NCBI GenBank assembly: GCA_016748015.1
Contig: JAAOMT010000531.1
Span: forward strand, 124,001 to 188,000
Direction of reading: 5' to 3'
Length of the DNA: 64,000 nt
DNA from: Geosiphon pyriformis uo1
Taxonomy: Eukaryota; Fungi; Glomeromycota
Every line of letters begins with the position of its first letter. Position 1 is the first letter of the stretch. Position numbers and translations under genes: made by a program. The notes below the pieces were generated by a model, which did no database searches, had not been told where the DNA came from, and was given only the letters and a program-made list of their open reading frames with translations. Positions 1-11,349 of this stretch are shown piece by piece.

Positions 1-947
1 TCTAAATTCAAAACTGTATTATTAGTAACTAAAGGAGAAAAAATAAGTAACATAAGTGGACCATCCAAAACTAGACACAAAGAAAGAAAAAGAGTAAGAA
101 ATAGACACCAAGAGTATTAAGTCTATAATGCTCAATTTTTACATAATACTAAAAACCTAATTAGTCAACAGCTTCAAAAACCACTCCAAGAAAACCAAGT
201 AAGCATTAATAGAAGAAGTATTTTAAACAACAGACAAATCTTTACTACTGTGTAATATATCAAGAGAAGAAAAACCAGAACCAGAACCAGAATGAGTATT
301 GTTAAAAAAAGCAGCAAATAAATTTACTTGGACCTAAGACTGGTCACCAAAAACAGCAGAATAAGAAATAAAAACATTTTTCTTTGTTTATAATCTGGCC
401 AACTAAAAACAATTTACACCCAAAACCATTTTTTTAAATAACTTAAGAGACTTAAAAATAGAAACATCTAGTGTATTATACTTTAAAGCAGAATGTCTGA
501 ATCTCTTATACTTTTTACACTAAACCAAATCCATTTTAGTTCATGAAAGCTTCACATCATCAAAGATTAACTCTATATTAAAGACAGACTTTAGTTTTTT
601 ATCTGATTTGAAACCAATTACAACATAGTAAACCCAGTTGTCAGTATTAAGAGAGCAATTAATAATGCATATTTTACTACCAGCTTTTTTTAATAAAATG
701 TTCAAATTATAAGCTGTTGTTCTTACAGATAAAATAAACAAAAGTGCCTTAAACCAATCCCTAAAAGTCCAAATTCCACAATTTTTTACAGTCTTGGCTA
801 CATGTACTGAATTTTTTTAATAAAAAATGACCACCTAGCCACCAACTAATCTGCTTAACTCAATTTAGCAAATTTTATCACAGTTTTTTGTCACATACTA
901 ATAAGTTGAATTTTAATTGACTTAATTTGTCCAAACTCAAATACTAT
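1..947 (-). mobile_element. LINE-1st copy, decayed ORF1 (downstream part; continues off window start)
   Basis: Minus strand gives degenerate ORF1-like peptide with a decayed CX2CX4HX4C knuckle near 480-530. Joined to 17329-18100 across the CTAT TSD of element A. Confidence 0.6.
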
Positions 948-1613
948 TATTATGGTTGAAACCTATATTTCTTATTAATTATTACATGTATTAGCTACTA
1001 ATGTCATATAAATTAGTCACTCTATTTTTAGAAAGTGATTATTGACCTAATTATTGACCTAGTTATTGACTTGATCATTGATCACTTTTGATAACTATAT
1101 AAGCAATGAATTTCTTAGCTGTAGAAAAGTATGTAGAAATCAAGGAAATCAAATAAATAAAATAACAACTTTTATCTCAATCTTTTTCTTATTACTAATT
1201 TCTCTTTCTCTACCTTTAAGTATTTGAACATCTTGGAATAAAAAATCACTTGTTGGTTATTTCTTACCCTTTTCCTGACTTGTATAATTGTATTATTTGA
1301 AGATTATTGAATAAAGCATGACTAAAGAGTATATCTGATACCTAATATTGAATTCTAAGAGCACTGATGTAAAACATAGAATTATACCAGACATGATCAT
1401 TTGTTGACAGTACAAACTATCCCTCTACTTTTAGATTTTCCAGTTATCTTTAAAAAGTATAGCAACTGAGATATTTTATGAGACTGATTTCATACATTAA
1501 ATTCATACTTATTCAATTTGCTCTTTAAAGTTAAAATCTCTTTGATTATTTCCATTACTCTACAATCCTGTTCTTTCTTGCTATTTATTAGCTTATTACT
1601 CCAATCTGTAACA
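948..1613 (+). repeat. 5' LTR of A (666 bp)
   Basis: Direct repeat of 16591-17328, ends ...TGTAACA, TATA-like TATATAA ~1096. Confidence 0.93.
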
Positions 1614-1619
1614 TAAAAG

Positions 1620-1636
1620 TGGTGCTTCCTATAAGG
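1620..1636 (+). promoter_or_regulatory. Primer-binding site of A
   Basis: TGGTGCTTCCTATAAGG 6 nt after the LTR, matching B (consensus TGGTGCTCCCTGTGAGG). Confidence 0.85.
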
Positions 1637-1665
1637 TTGTCAAAATTCATTCTGTTTCTTATTGT

Positions 1666-3219
1666 ATGAGTGATTATTCATACCTGTTACAACAATTAGA
1701 AGAACACTTTGAAGCATACAACAAAAATGATCTAGACTTTATTAAACTCAATCTTTTGCCCTCCTGCTTAATTTGCTTCCCTATTGAAGAACAATTCAGT
1801 AGATAATTCCAAGACTTTTGGAACTGGTTCTTAAATAAGCATTCAGCTAAAATCTACACAGTCTATACAACTTACTATTTCAATCAAGCTTATCTTGAAG
1901 ACAACTTTAAAGAAAAAAACAACAGCATTAATCAGCTTTTATATTCCACAACTTTTGAACAACAGCTCCTTAATTTCGAATATCTGAATCACCAAATTCA
2001 CATCTGGATTGCTGCTCACTAGTTAGCTAAAACACCCTTTGAAACAGAAAAAAAAAGCTATCAAACTGCTTCTGTTTTTGATCTCTTCTTAAGTAAATCA
2101 GAACACTTTACACAAACAGTTACACCTAAACCAATGGTTTAAGACTCTCTGTAACAAAACATTCTGATTGCTCTCTAAGGTATACAGACTGCTTTAGGGT
2201 AAAGAAACAACACCCCATTACTATTATTTAAAAGTGATGTCTAAGATCCAATTGAATGGTTGGATGACTTTGAGAGAGCTGCCACAGCAAACCAATATGA
2301 TAATAAATACAAGTTCCAAATTGTTGGTGGCTACCTCCAAGGCTTTTCTGCTACTTGGTTCTTACAAAAAACCAATGACAATGCTCAGCAAAGAATTATT
2401 AGATGGACACCAGCAAATGCAGGAGAAGATAACACTTCTTTCACTACTCAATTTGAAACAAAATTTAGAACTCCTATCTTGATATCCAAATGGCGCATGG
2501 AATTGGAAAAAAAAACCCAAGGCCCAGGAAAAATAGTAACTGAATATGCTAAAGTCATTAAAAAATTAATCAAGCATATAGACTCTGGTAGAAATTGGAC
2601 AAAAGAGCAAAAAATTCATTCTTTCACAAAAAAATTGAAAACTGATCTCTCATATGCTCTTTGGTCTCTTCTAGTCCTGAAAAATAATCCCACAATGGAT
2701 ATGGCCATTGAACTTGTCCAGAAAATAGAAGACAACCAAAGAATGCACCTAAGATCTACTTTTTCAGTTTTTGCTCCTGCTCCTGTCATGGCTCCAGCTC
2801 CATAAATGACTGCTATCTCTTTTGCCATTTACACTCAAGACTCCAATAAACAATTAATAGACAGACTTACTGCTAACCTTGCTCAGCTATTAGAACCATT
2901 AGCCCAAACAGTCAAAGACAACTAACAATTCCAAAGACCCAGAATTGAACCCTGCTTCAATCAGTTCCAACAACCATCATATCAAAGACAACAAAATCAT
3001 GGCCCATCTGTGTGCTATCACTGTGGACTAACTGGACATTTTTCCAGAGACTGCAACAATCCTCTATTGCCCTCTCCAGCTCCTAGAAATAATAACAATC
3101 AAAATAACAGAACTATCAACAACAATGTCTCCAATCAAAGACCCAATCATATCAACATCAATTTCTTTAAAGAAGATTCTCTAGTTGAAGTCACTGTTTA
3201 TCAGCCTTTAAACTGGTAG
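1666..3219 (+). pseudogene. gag: gag of A (nonsense mutations, CCHC zinc knuckle)
   Basis: Same frame and same 1554-nt length as B gag. Contains WLDDFERAA capsid motif and CYHCGLTGHFSRDC. Confidence 0.9.
3207..3213 (+). promoter_or_regulatory. Putative -1 ribosomal frameshift heptamer T TTA AAC (A)
   Basis: In gag frame as CCT TTA AAC TGG TAG. The -1 frame is continuous with the pol ORF at 3303. Confidence 0.8.
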
Positions 3220-5123
3220 GTGCACCTCCAAAAGATAAGAATACAAGCCAACCAGAAAAAAACCTCTTTTATGTTTTTAATTTAACTAATGATGATCATA
3301 ATATGGATGAATTAACAATCTATACCTCTGACTTAACAAGAAAGAAGAAGAAAGCCAAGGTTAATTTCGTTCTAAATCTCAACAAAGTCTCAACTTCTAT
3401 TGTTGACAACAATAAGCCACCAAAGGCCAAAGTTTTTAAAAATCCTCCAAAGTTGGAATTTCTAGAAATAGTACAAAAATCTGGCCCTTATTCTGTTGTT
3501 AAAAATTTCATGGAAACTCTAGCACATATTACATTTGGCCAACTAATAACCCATCAACAGTTCAGAAAAAATCTTTGCAAATCTTTAATACCAAAGAAGA
3601 AGACACCAAAAACTAACAAATGTTGTTATCAAGCTGAACTTGCTAATAACAGCAATATTACTTCTTTGATTTGTAAAGTCCAAGTGGCTGGCTACTTCAT
3701 TGATTTGATTCTAGACAGTGAATTATCTGTCAATGTAATTGCCAAACACTTTCTGGAAGCCATTGGAAGAAAAATTGATGAACCTTTTACTCAGTCTATA
3801 ACCAATGTACATGGTGACAAAAAAAAAGGTCTAGGTATAGCCAAAGCTATTTCTGTTTGCATCAATGATATTAGCATTGAAACAGATATAAAAGTATCTG
3901 AAGCAAAAGAATATACTATCATTGTTGGTAATAAGTGGCTTAAGAAAGCCAAAGGACTACTTGATTATGAACTTTATGAGCTAATTATCAGATGTGGTGA
4001 AAAACCTATTGTGATTAAATGCCATTATTGAACAACTCCTCTAGCAACCAAACAGAACCAAGAAGAAGAACAATCAGATGAATTAGATGATAATGAAAGC
4101 AATAATAAAGAGTAAAAATAATAAGAAGAAACTGCTGAACTTACTTATATCATCTTTACCAGCAATGGCAAACCACTGGACAATGTTAAAATTAACAAAA
4201 AAGGAATCATGGTAAATGGCAAGCTGATCTGCTGGTCCTACTATGATATTTTCAGAAAAACCTTTGATAGAAAACCTGGCAAGAAAGCAAAATACAGTTA
4301 TTGATGACATGGTCCTTATGCCAGATGCTGGTGTGATAAATCTTTGTATTTCTCTAATAATGAATATAAGTTCTGCCTAATCTATTACAAAAATTGGAAG
4401 CCAATTAGTTTGATACTCAAAGAAGAACTAAAAGAAGTACAGAAGTCCTTTGAGAGTGAACCACCTGAAATCCAATCACTAGTTATAGAACAAAGAGAAT
4501 CTTCCTCTGAAGAAAAAAAAGTGTACATTGAAAATCTGTTGGCTAGAAATAGCCCAGTTATCTCAAAAGAAGGTGATATCTCTGGACAAATCCATGTGAT
4601 ACAACACACCATCACCACAAAAAAAACTCATCTCATTCATTTGAAGTCTTATCAATCCAATCAACATAATAATAAGTTTATCAAGAAAGAAATAAACCAG
4701 ATGAAAGATCTTAGATTCATACAAAAAACCAAGAGTAAATGGGCTTTTCCAGTTATAGTAGTATTCAAGAAAGGTGGAACCCTATGCTTCTGTGTTGACT
4801 ACTGCCAACTAAATGCCATCACTATAAGAGACATATACTCACTCCCCAAAATTGATGCAATGCTAGATAAATTCAATAGTGCTGCTTTCTTTTCAACTAT
4901 TGACTTAATTGCTGGATTCTGGCAAGTAGAGATGGATCCAGAAAGCAAAAAGAAAACTGCTTTTATTACAAAGTATGGTACCTATAAATTTACAATTATG
5001 CTCTTTGGTTTCACCAATGTGTCTCTTACTTTTCAATGCTTAATAAACAAAGTATTTGAATCAGTAAAAGAAAACTTTGTTCTGGTCTACTTGGACAACA
5101 TAATGGTTTACTCAAAAATTTGG
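3213..5123 (+). pseudogene. pol: pol of A, part 1 (aspartic protease, Cys-rich linker, RT N-half)
   Basis: LILDS protease motif, CVDY..LN and YLD(N) RT motifs. Broken at YSK(I)W by the insertion. Confidence 0.92.
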
Positions 5124-5865
5124 TGTTACAGGTGACTATTTCTGGTGTTGGATTAGATAACAAACTCATAACTTGGTGCTCAAATCTAGTTGCAATTAAT
5201 AGTGATCTGAAGGTTTATGTCTGACAGATTTGTATCCAAAGGGTTTGGTTGAGTTCTTTGTATAATAGACAGAGATTTAATGGTAATAGTTTTTATCGGT
5301 AGCTTCCCAAAACCACAGTTTTGTCAATTTTTTTCTCAGCTTAATGGCCAGTATTCCTTCTGATAAGCTATTTTTAATCAAGTGTTCTGCATTAATTCTC
5401 AATAGAGTTAGTAAACAACAATAAAATCAAAGCAAGAAATAAAGAAAAGAAAATAAAGAAAGAAAAGAAATAAGCCAAAGCGATTTACAAGTTAGTATTC
5501 CATTAATAGTCATGATCAAGAGCTATTGTTCCAGTGTGGTTAAGTATCAATTACTATCAACATAAAGTGTTGATAGTGGCAATGGGTTTGAGATAACAAA
5601 CAGTTATTTATTTGTGATTTGGAAAGTTGTCTAGATGAAATCTAAACTGAGAGGTCTGTCTTTTTAGCTTCTAATTCTATTGCTATATATATATAATTGA
5701 AATTCCTCAATTCCTCAATTCTTTACAACAGAAATCTTGGAATTCCTGGAATCTTGCAATTCCTTTGAGAGAAATCCTGGAATTCTGAAATTTTGCAATT
5801 CCTTGTGAAAATCCTGTAATTCTTGGAATCCTGTAATTCCTGAAAGGAATTCTAAAATTCCATAT

Positions 5866-6615
5866 TGTTACGGGTTGGAGTAAAAAGCTAACGGATAGCA
5901 AGAGAGAACAGTATTGTATGGTAATGGAAATAAACAAAGAAGGAATTACAATAAGGGAGCGAATTGAATAAGTAGGAATTCAATGTGTGTAATCAGTCTC
6001 ATAAAAATCACAGTCACTAATCTTTTCTTAAATCTGAAGATAGAGGAATAGTCCGTGATTGTCAACAAGATAACACTGCTGCTATTATTCTATGCCTCAA
6101 CTCGGCGATTCTTAGAATCAATAACAGATATCATTGTACTTTTCAATCATTTCTTTATTCAATGAATTACAAGAGCAAGCCAATTGCTTTTCAGGCTAAT
6201 TCTAACAAATACAAATCAAGAAGGGGAAAAAATAAGGTATGTGAATGTCAACAAGTAGATACTTGAAGGTAAGGAAAGGGAAATAAGTGATTATGAGAGG
6301 AAGTAATTGATATTGTTTATTTCATTACTTTGATCATATTTTTCTACAGCTAAGGGAATCATTGCTTATATAACTATCTAAAGTGGTCAACGACCAGGTC
6401 AACAATCAGGTCAACAATCAGGTCAATGATCAGGTCAATGATCAGGTCAATGATCAGGTCATTGATCAGGTCAATGATCAGGTCAATGATCAGATTAATG
6501 GTCAGATCATTGATCAGGTCAATGATTATTATCTAAAAATAAAGTGGCTAATTATATGACATCATTGGCTAATACATGTGATAATTAATAAAAACTATGT
6601 GTTTCAATCATAACA
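5866..6615 (-). repeat. 3' LTR of B (750 bp) with 12-bp tandem array
   Basis: Direct repeat of 12949-13578 plus about 10 extra TGATCAGGTCAA units (6385-6530). Confidence 0.95.
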
Positions 6616-7241
6616 TCATCTTCTCCAAAGAGATTGAGCTCTGGTGAAATCAGACTATTTATGGGATAGTCTATGTGAAGGGTTTTGTCTAACTCAAAAC
6701 TAACTAGTTTGTTAAAGTCTTTTGTGGATAGAGTATATAGTACTTGAGGCAAAATAAGCTTTGTATCTAAGAAACCAAATTTTTGTATAAGAGTTTTGGC
6801 TCTTCTTGCAATAGTCAAAACTCTTGGGACATCCAATCATATAATGCCCAAAATTTCCACTTGTATCTCTGAAGTTGTTTTCTTCATGAGCTTCATGTCT
6901 TCTATGATTTCACCAAGACGACCATAGAGTTCTAGTTGTCTTCCATATGACAAGTTTTTGTCTATGGACAAGATTTCTTGTATTGTTTTTCCAATTGTGC
7001 TGGAAGGTGAAAGTATTACTGCTGTTATGCTTTCCAGCAGGTATTTATCCATTTTGCCACCAATTCTTTTTTTTCTGGTAGTTGTTTTCTTTGGTCTAAT
7101 AACAGTGTGAGTTCCACTGTTGTCTGTTATAGTGGTTTGTTTTCCGATAGTCAGAGTAGCATTTGGATAGTTCTTGATCCAGTACTTATGGAGAGTATAA
7201 AAAGTGTTTTGAATGTTTTGATCCAGGAAATAATTGTTCAT
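6585..7241 (-). pseudogene. ORF-X of B (~218 aa, unknown function, one premature stop at 6837-6839)
   Basis: MNNYFLDQ...YGRLGE...LTIARRAKTLIQKFG...ETHSFY. Same 657-nt length as the copy in A. Confidence 0.85.
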
Positions 7242-7282
7242 GTCGATTGAAGATACCTCTGTTTTGGGAATGATGCATTTAT

Positions 7283-8596
7283 TTATATCTAATTTTTGCT
7301 GATCATTTGGGTCGGTATTACTACAACAGGTAACCAATCAGGTCATTTGTGATATTTTTTGAGTTGCATGCCATGAACAGGGCAATCACTAAATATTGTT
7401 CCATATTGATTTTGTAACATATAAGAACTATTGTTCAAAACTTTGTTGACTATAAAGGGTCCTTTCTACCGGCTAGAGAATTTATCACCATAGACATTGT
7501 CTCTGTCTGAACAGTATTCCAAAACTAAGTCACCAACACTTAAGAAAAGTGTTTTATAGGTCTTTTTCTTTTTGAGCTTCTTTTGGATCTGTTTTATCTT
7601 TTCAAAGGCAATTATCCGTGCTTCTACTAATAAGTCAAGAATGATACCAAGTCTTCTTTGCAAAATGTCCTTGTAATCTCCTATTGTTATTTCTTCAAAA
7701 GATATTGTTTCTATATTCATTTCTATTGGTAGAGTTGCCATTCATCCATAAAGCAGATAAAAGGGTTCATAACTTGTTATGTCATGATTCACAGTTCTGT
7801 AAGCAAACAAGACTGAAGGCAATACTTTGTCCCATAAGTTGGTTTTTTCACTGGTTTTGGCTAGGGTTTCACATAGTGTTCTATTGAAATATTTCACTAG
7901 ACCATTTGTTTGGGGGTGATAAGGAAAAGAGAGTTTATGAAGTATTCCCATTTTTCTGCAAAGTTCTTCAACCAGTGTATTGAGAAAAGCTTTTCCTCTA
8001 TCAGATAAAAGTTCTTTGGGGCAGCCGTAGCAACAGATAATATCTTCATAAATGAAATTGGCAATTAAGACTGCTGTTTGATCTAGGGTGGCTCTTGCTT
8101 CTACCCATTTTGTAAGATAGTCGGTAGCTGTGATAATGTATCTGTTGCCATCAGGAGTTACTGTTAAAGGTCCAACAACATCTATATCAATTCTATCAAA
8201 TGGTTGACCAACAGAGATTGGATGAATATCTTTCTTGCGATTGGGTTTTCCTCTTTTTTGGTAGGTATCACAGGTTTTGATGTATTCAGCAATGTCTTTT
8301 CCCAAGGTAGACCAATAATAGCGAGCTAAAGTTTTCTGAATTGTTTTTGTTTTTCCAAAGTGTCTAGCTAATGGATCAGTGTACATATTGTAGATCACAA
8401 TTTCTCTTTCTTTAAATTTAATGACTCTCTGAGGGCGGTCAAGATCTTTTCTATTTCTTTTATATAACTGGTTCTGGCAAATCAAATAGAAATTTGATTG
8501 TTTTTGCAAATGTTCTCTTTGCTGTCAAATATAGTCTGGTGAGTATTGTCTTTTACCCAAAAATTTCATTAAAGCAGAGTAGTTGTTCAAGTCCAT
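7283..8596 (-). pseudogene. Stand-alone integrase ORF of B
   Basis: Own ATG (MDLNNYSALM...), HHCC remnant, IDVVG / SDRG / PQTNGLV DDE motifs, GPF motif. Frame differs from RT-RH. Confidence 0.9.
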
Positions 8597-8661
8597 TATC
8601 ATGTTTGTTTGTGGGGGAGTTACAAATAATTAAGTTGGTTTGGTTTGAGAGGGTTTTACTA

Positions 8662-11349
8662 TCACTGGATGGTAAGTCTAGAGAGAGCGTTGGCGTTTTG
8701 ATGATTAGCTCTTTTGTGGTATTGAATGTCATAGTCGAATTCATCCAAGTGGAGTATCTAGCGAGTTATCCGTTTATGTTCCAGGTTTTTTTTGTTGCAT
8801 AGCCAAACCAAAGCTTGGTGATCTGTTATCACCAAAAATTTCACACCCTTAAGATATTTGTCCCAGTAGCTGATAGCCCAAACTACTGCTAAGCATTCCT
8901 GCTCAGTAACTGAGTAGTTCCTTTCTGCTGGTGTGAGAGTTCTACTGGCATATGCTACGGCATGTTCTCTGTTATCTTCATCTTTTTGGGAAAGAACAAC
9001 ACCAAGTCCATAGCCAGATGCATCAGTGTGAAGGATAAAAGGTTGATCCAAATTAGGTTGCATGAAGATGGGTTCTGTAACCAGTTTTTCCTTCAGAATT
9101 TCAAATGCTTTTTGTTGATGAGTGCTCCAGTGATAATTGATGTTTTTCCTAAGTAGCTGATTAAGAAGAGCAGCGATTTTGGAGAAATCCTTGACAAACT
9201 TGCAATAATAAGAGGCCAAACCAAGAAAAGAGCATAATTCATGAACATTCATTGGTTGTCTAATGTTTTGAACTTTTTCAATTTTGGCTGGATCAGAGAA
9301 GATTCTATCTTTTGTAATAAGATGGCCAAGAAACTGGGTGGATTAATGTCCAAAAAATGATTTGATTGGATTGATCTTGAGACCAGCATTTCTAAAGAGG
9401 TCAAAAACTTTTTGCAAATGTTCAAGGTGTTCATCCCAGGTTTTTGAGTATACCATTATGTCGTCCAAGTAGACTAAAACAAAGTTTTCTTTTACTAATT
9501 TAAATACTTTGTCCATTAAGCGTTGAAATATGGGAGGAGCATTTGTGAGACCAAAAGACATGATTGTGAATTCGTAAGTACCATATTTGGTAATGAAGGC
9601 AGTTTTTTTTCTGCTTTCTGGATCCATCTCTACTTGCCAGAATCCAGCAGTTAAGTCAATGGTTGAGAAGAAAACAGCACCATGGAATTGGTCTAGCATT
9701 GCATCAATCTTGGAAAGTAGGTACATGTCTTTTTCAGTAATGGCATTTAATTGGCGATAGTCAACACAAAAGTGTAGGGTTTTTTCTTTCTTGGATACCA
9801 CTACAACTGGGAATGCCCATTCACTTTTGGTTTCCTGTATAAATCCAAGGGTTTTCATTTGGGTTATTTCTTTTTTGATAAACTCATCATTGTGCCGGTT
9901 GGATTGATAGGGCTTCAAATGGATGGGGCGAGTTTCTCTGGTGATGATAGTGTGTTGTATCACATGTGTACATCCAGGAGGTTCACCTTCTTTTGAGATA
10001 ATTGGGCTGTTTCTAGCCAGCAGGTTTTCAATGTCTACTTTTCTTTCTTCTGGAGAGGGTTTTTTTTGTTCTACAACTAATAATTGGATTTCAGGTGGTT
10101 TGTTTTCAAAGGATTTTTGGACTTCTTTTATTTCCTCTCGGGGTATCAAGCTGATTGGTTCCCAATCTTTGTAATAGATCAGGCAGGACATGCATTCATC
10201 GTTAGGAGAATACAATGATTTGTCGCACCAGCACCAGGCACAAAAACCATGCCACCAATAACTGTATTTGGCTTTCTTGCCTGGCTTTCTGTCAAAGGTT
10301 TTTCTGAGCATGTCATAATAAGACCAGCAGATCAGCTTGCCATTGACAATAATTCTTTCTTTATCTGCCTTAATATTATCTAGTAGTTTGCCATTGCTAG
10401 TGAAGATGGTATAAGCAAGTTCAGCAGTTTCTTCTTGTTCTTCTTGTTCTTCTTCTTCTTCACTTTCTTCATCATCTGATTCATCTGATTCATTTTTTTC
10501 TGGGCTCTGCTTGGGTACTGGGGAAGTTGTCCAATAGCAACACTTAACCACAATGGGTTTTTCACCACATCTGATGGTTAGTTCACAGAGTTCATAATCA
10601 AGCAAAGCCTTTGCTTTCTTGAGCCATTCATTGCCAACAATAATGGTGTATTCTTTTACTTCGGACACTTCCATATCAGTTTCAATGCTGATGCCATTAA
10701 TGTGGACAGAAATAGCTTTGGCTATGCCAAGCCCTTTTTTCTTATTACCATGCATATTGGTCATTGGTCGTGTGGATAATTCATCAATTTTTCTGCCAAT
10801 TGCTTCAAGAAATTGTTTGGCAATAACACTAACAGATGATCCACTGTCTAGGATCAAATCAATGAAGTAGCCAGCCACTTGGACTTTACAAATTAGAGGA
10901 GTGACATTGCTATTGTCAGCAAGTCCAGCTTGGCGAGGGCATTTGTTGGTTTTGGGTGTCTTTTTCTTTGGAATCAGGGATTTGCGAAGATCTTTTCTGA
11001 ATTGTGGATGGGTCATCAATTGGCCAAAGATTATATGTGCTGGGGTTTCCATAAGGTCTTTGACAACAGAATAGGGACCGGATTTTTGTACTATTTCTGG
11101 GGGTTCCAACGTTGGAGGGTTCTTGAAAACTTTGGCTTTTGGGGGCTCATTGTTGTCAGCAGTTGATGTAGAAGCTTTATTGGGGTCTAGAACAAAATCA
11201 ACTTTGGCTTTCTTCTTCTTTCTTGTGGATTCAGAGGGGTTGATTGCTAATTCATCCATGTCATGGTCATCATCAGTTAAGTTAAAAGTGTAAAAGAGGT
11301 TTTCTTCTGGTTGGCTTGCACTCTCACCCTTTGGAGATGCGCCTACCAG
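8662..11349 (-). pseudogene. pol: pol of B: protease - Cys-rich linker - RT - RNase H, ending NA(N)ALSRLTIQ TGA TAG TAA
   Basis: LILDSGS, YLDD, HTDAS, TEQEC, ITDH motifs in one frame with two premature stops. Confidence 0.95.

Noticed and set aside
6385-6530. CRISPR-like array or nuclear-receptor AGGTCA elements
   Set aside because: Head-to-tail 12-mers without spacers inside a eukaryotic LTR, and fungi lack nuclear receptors.
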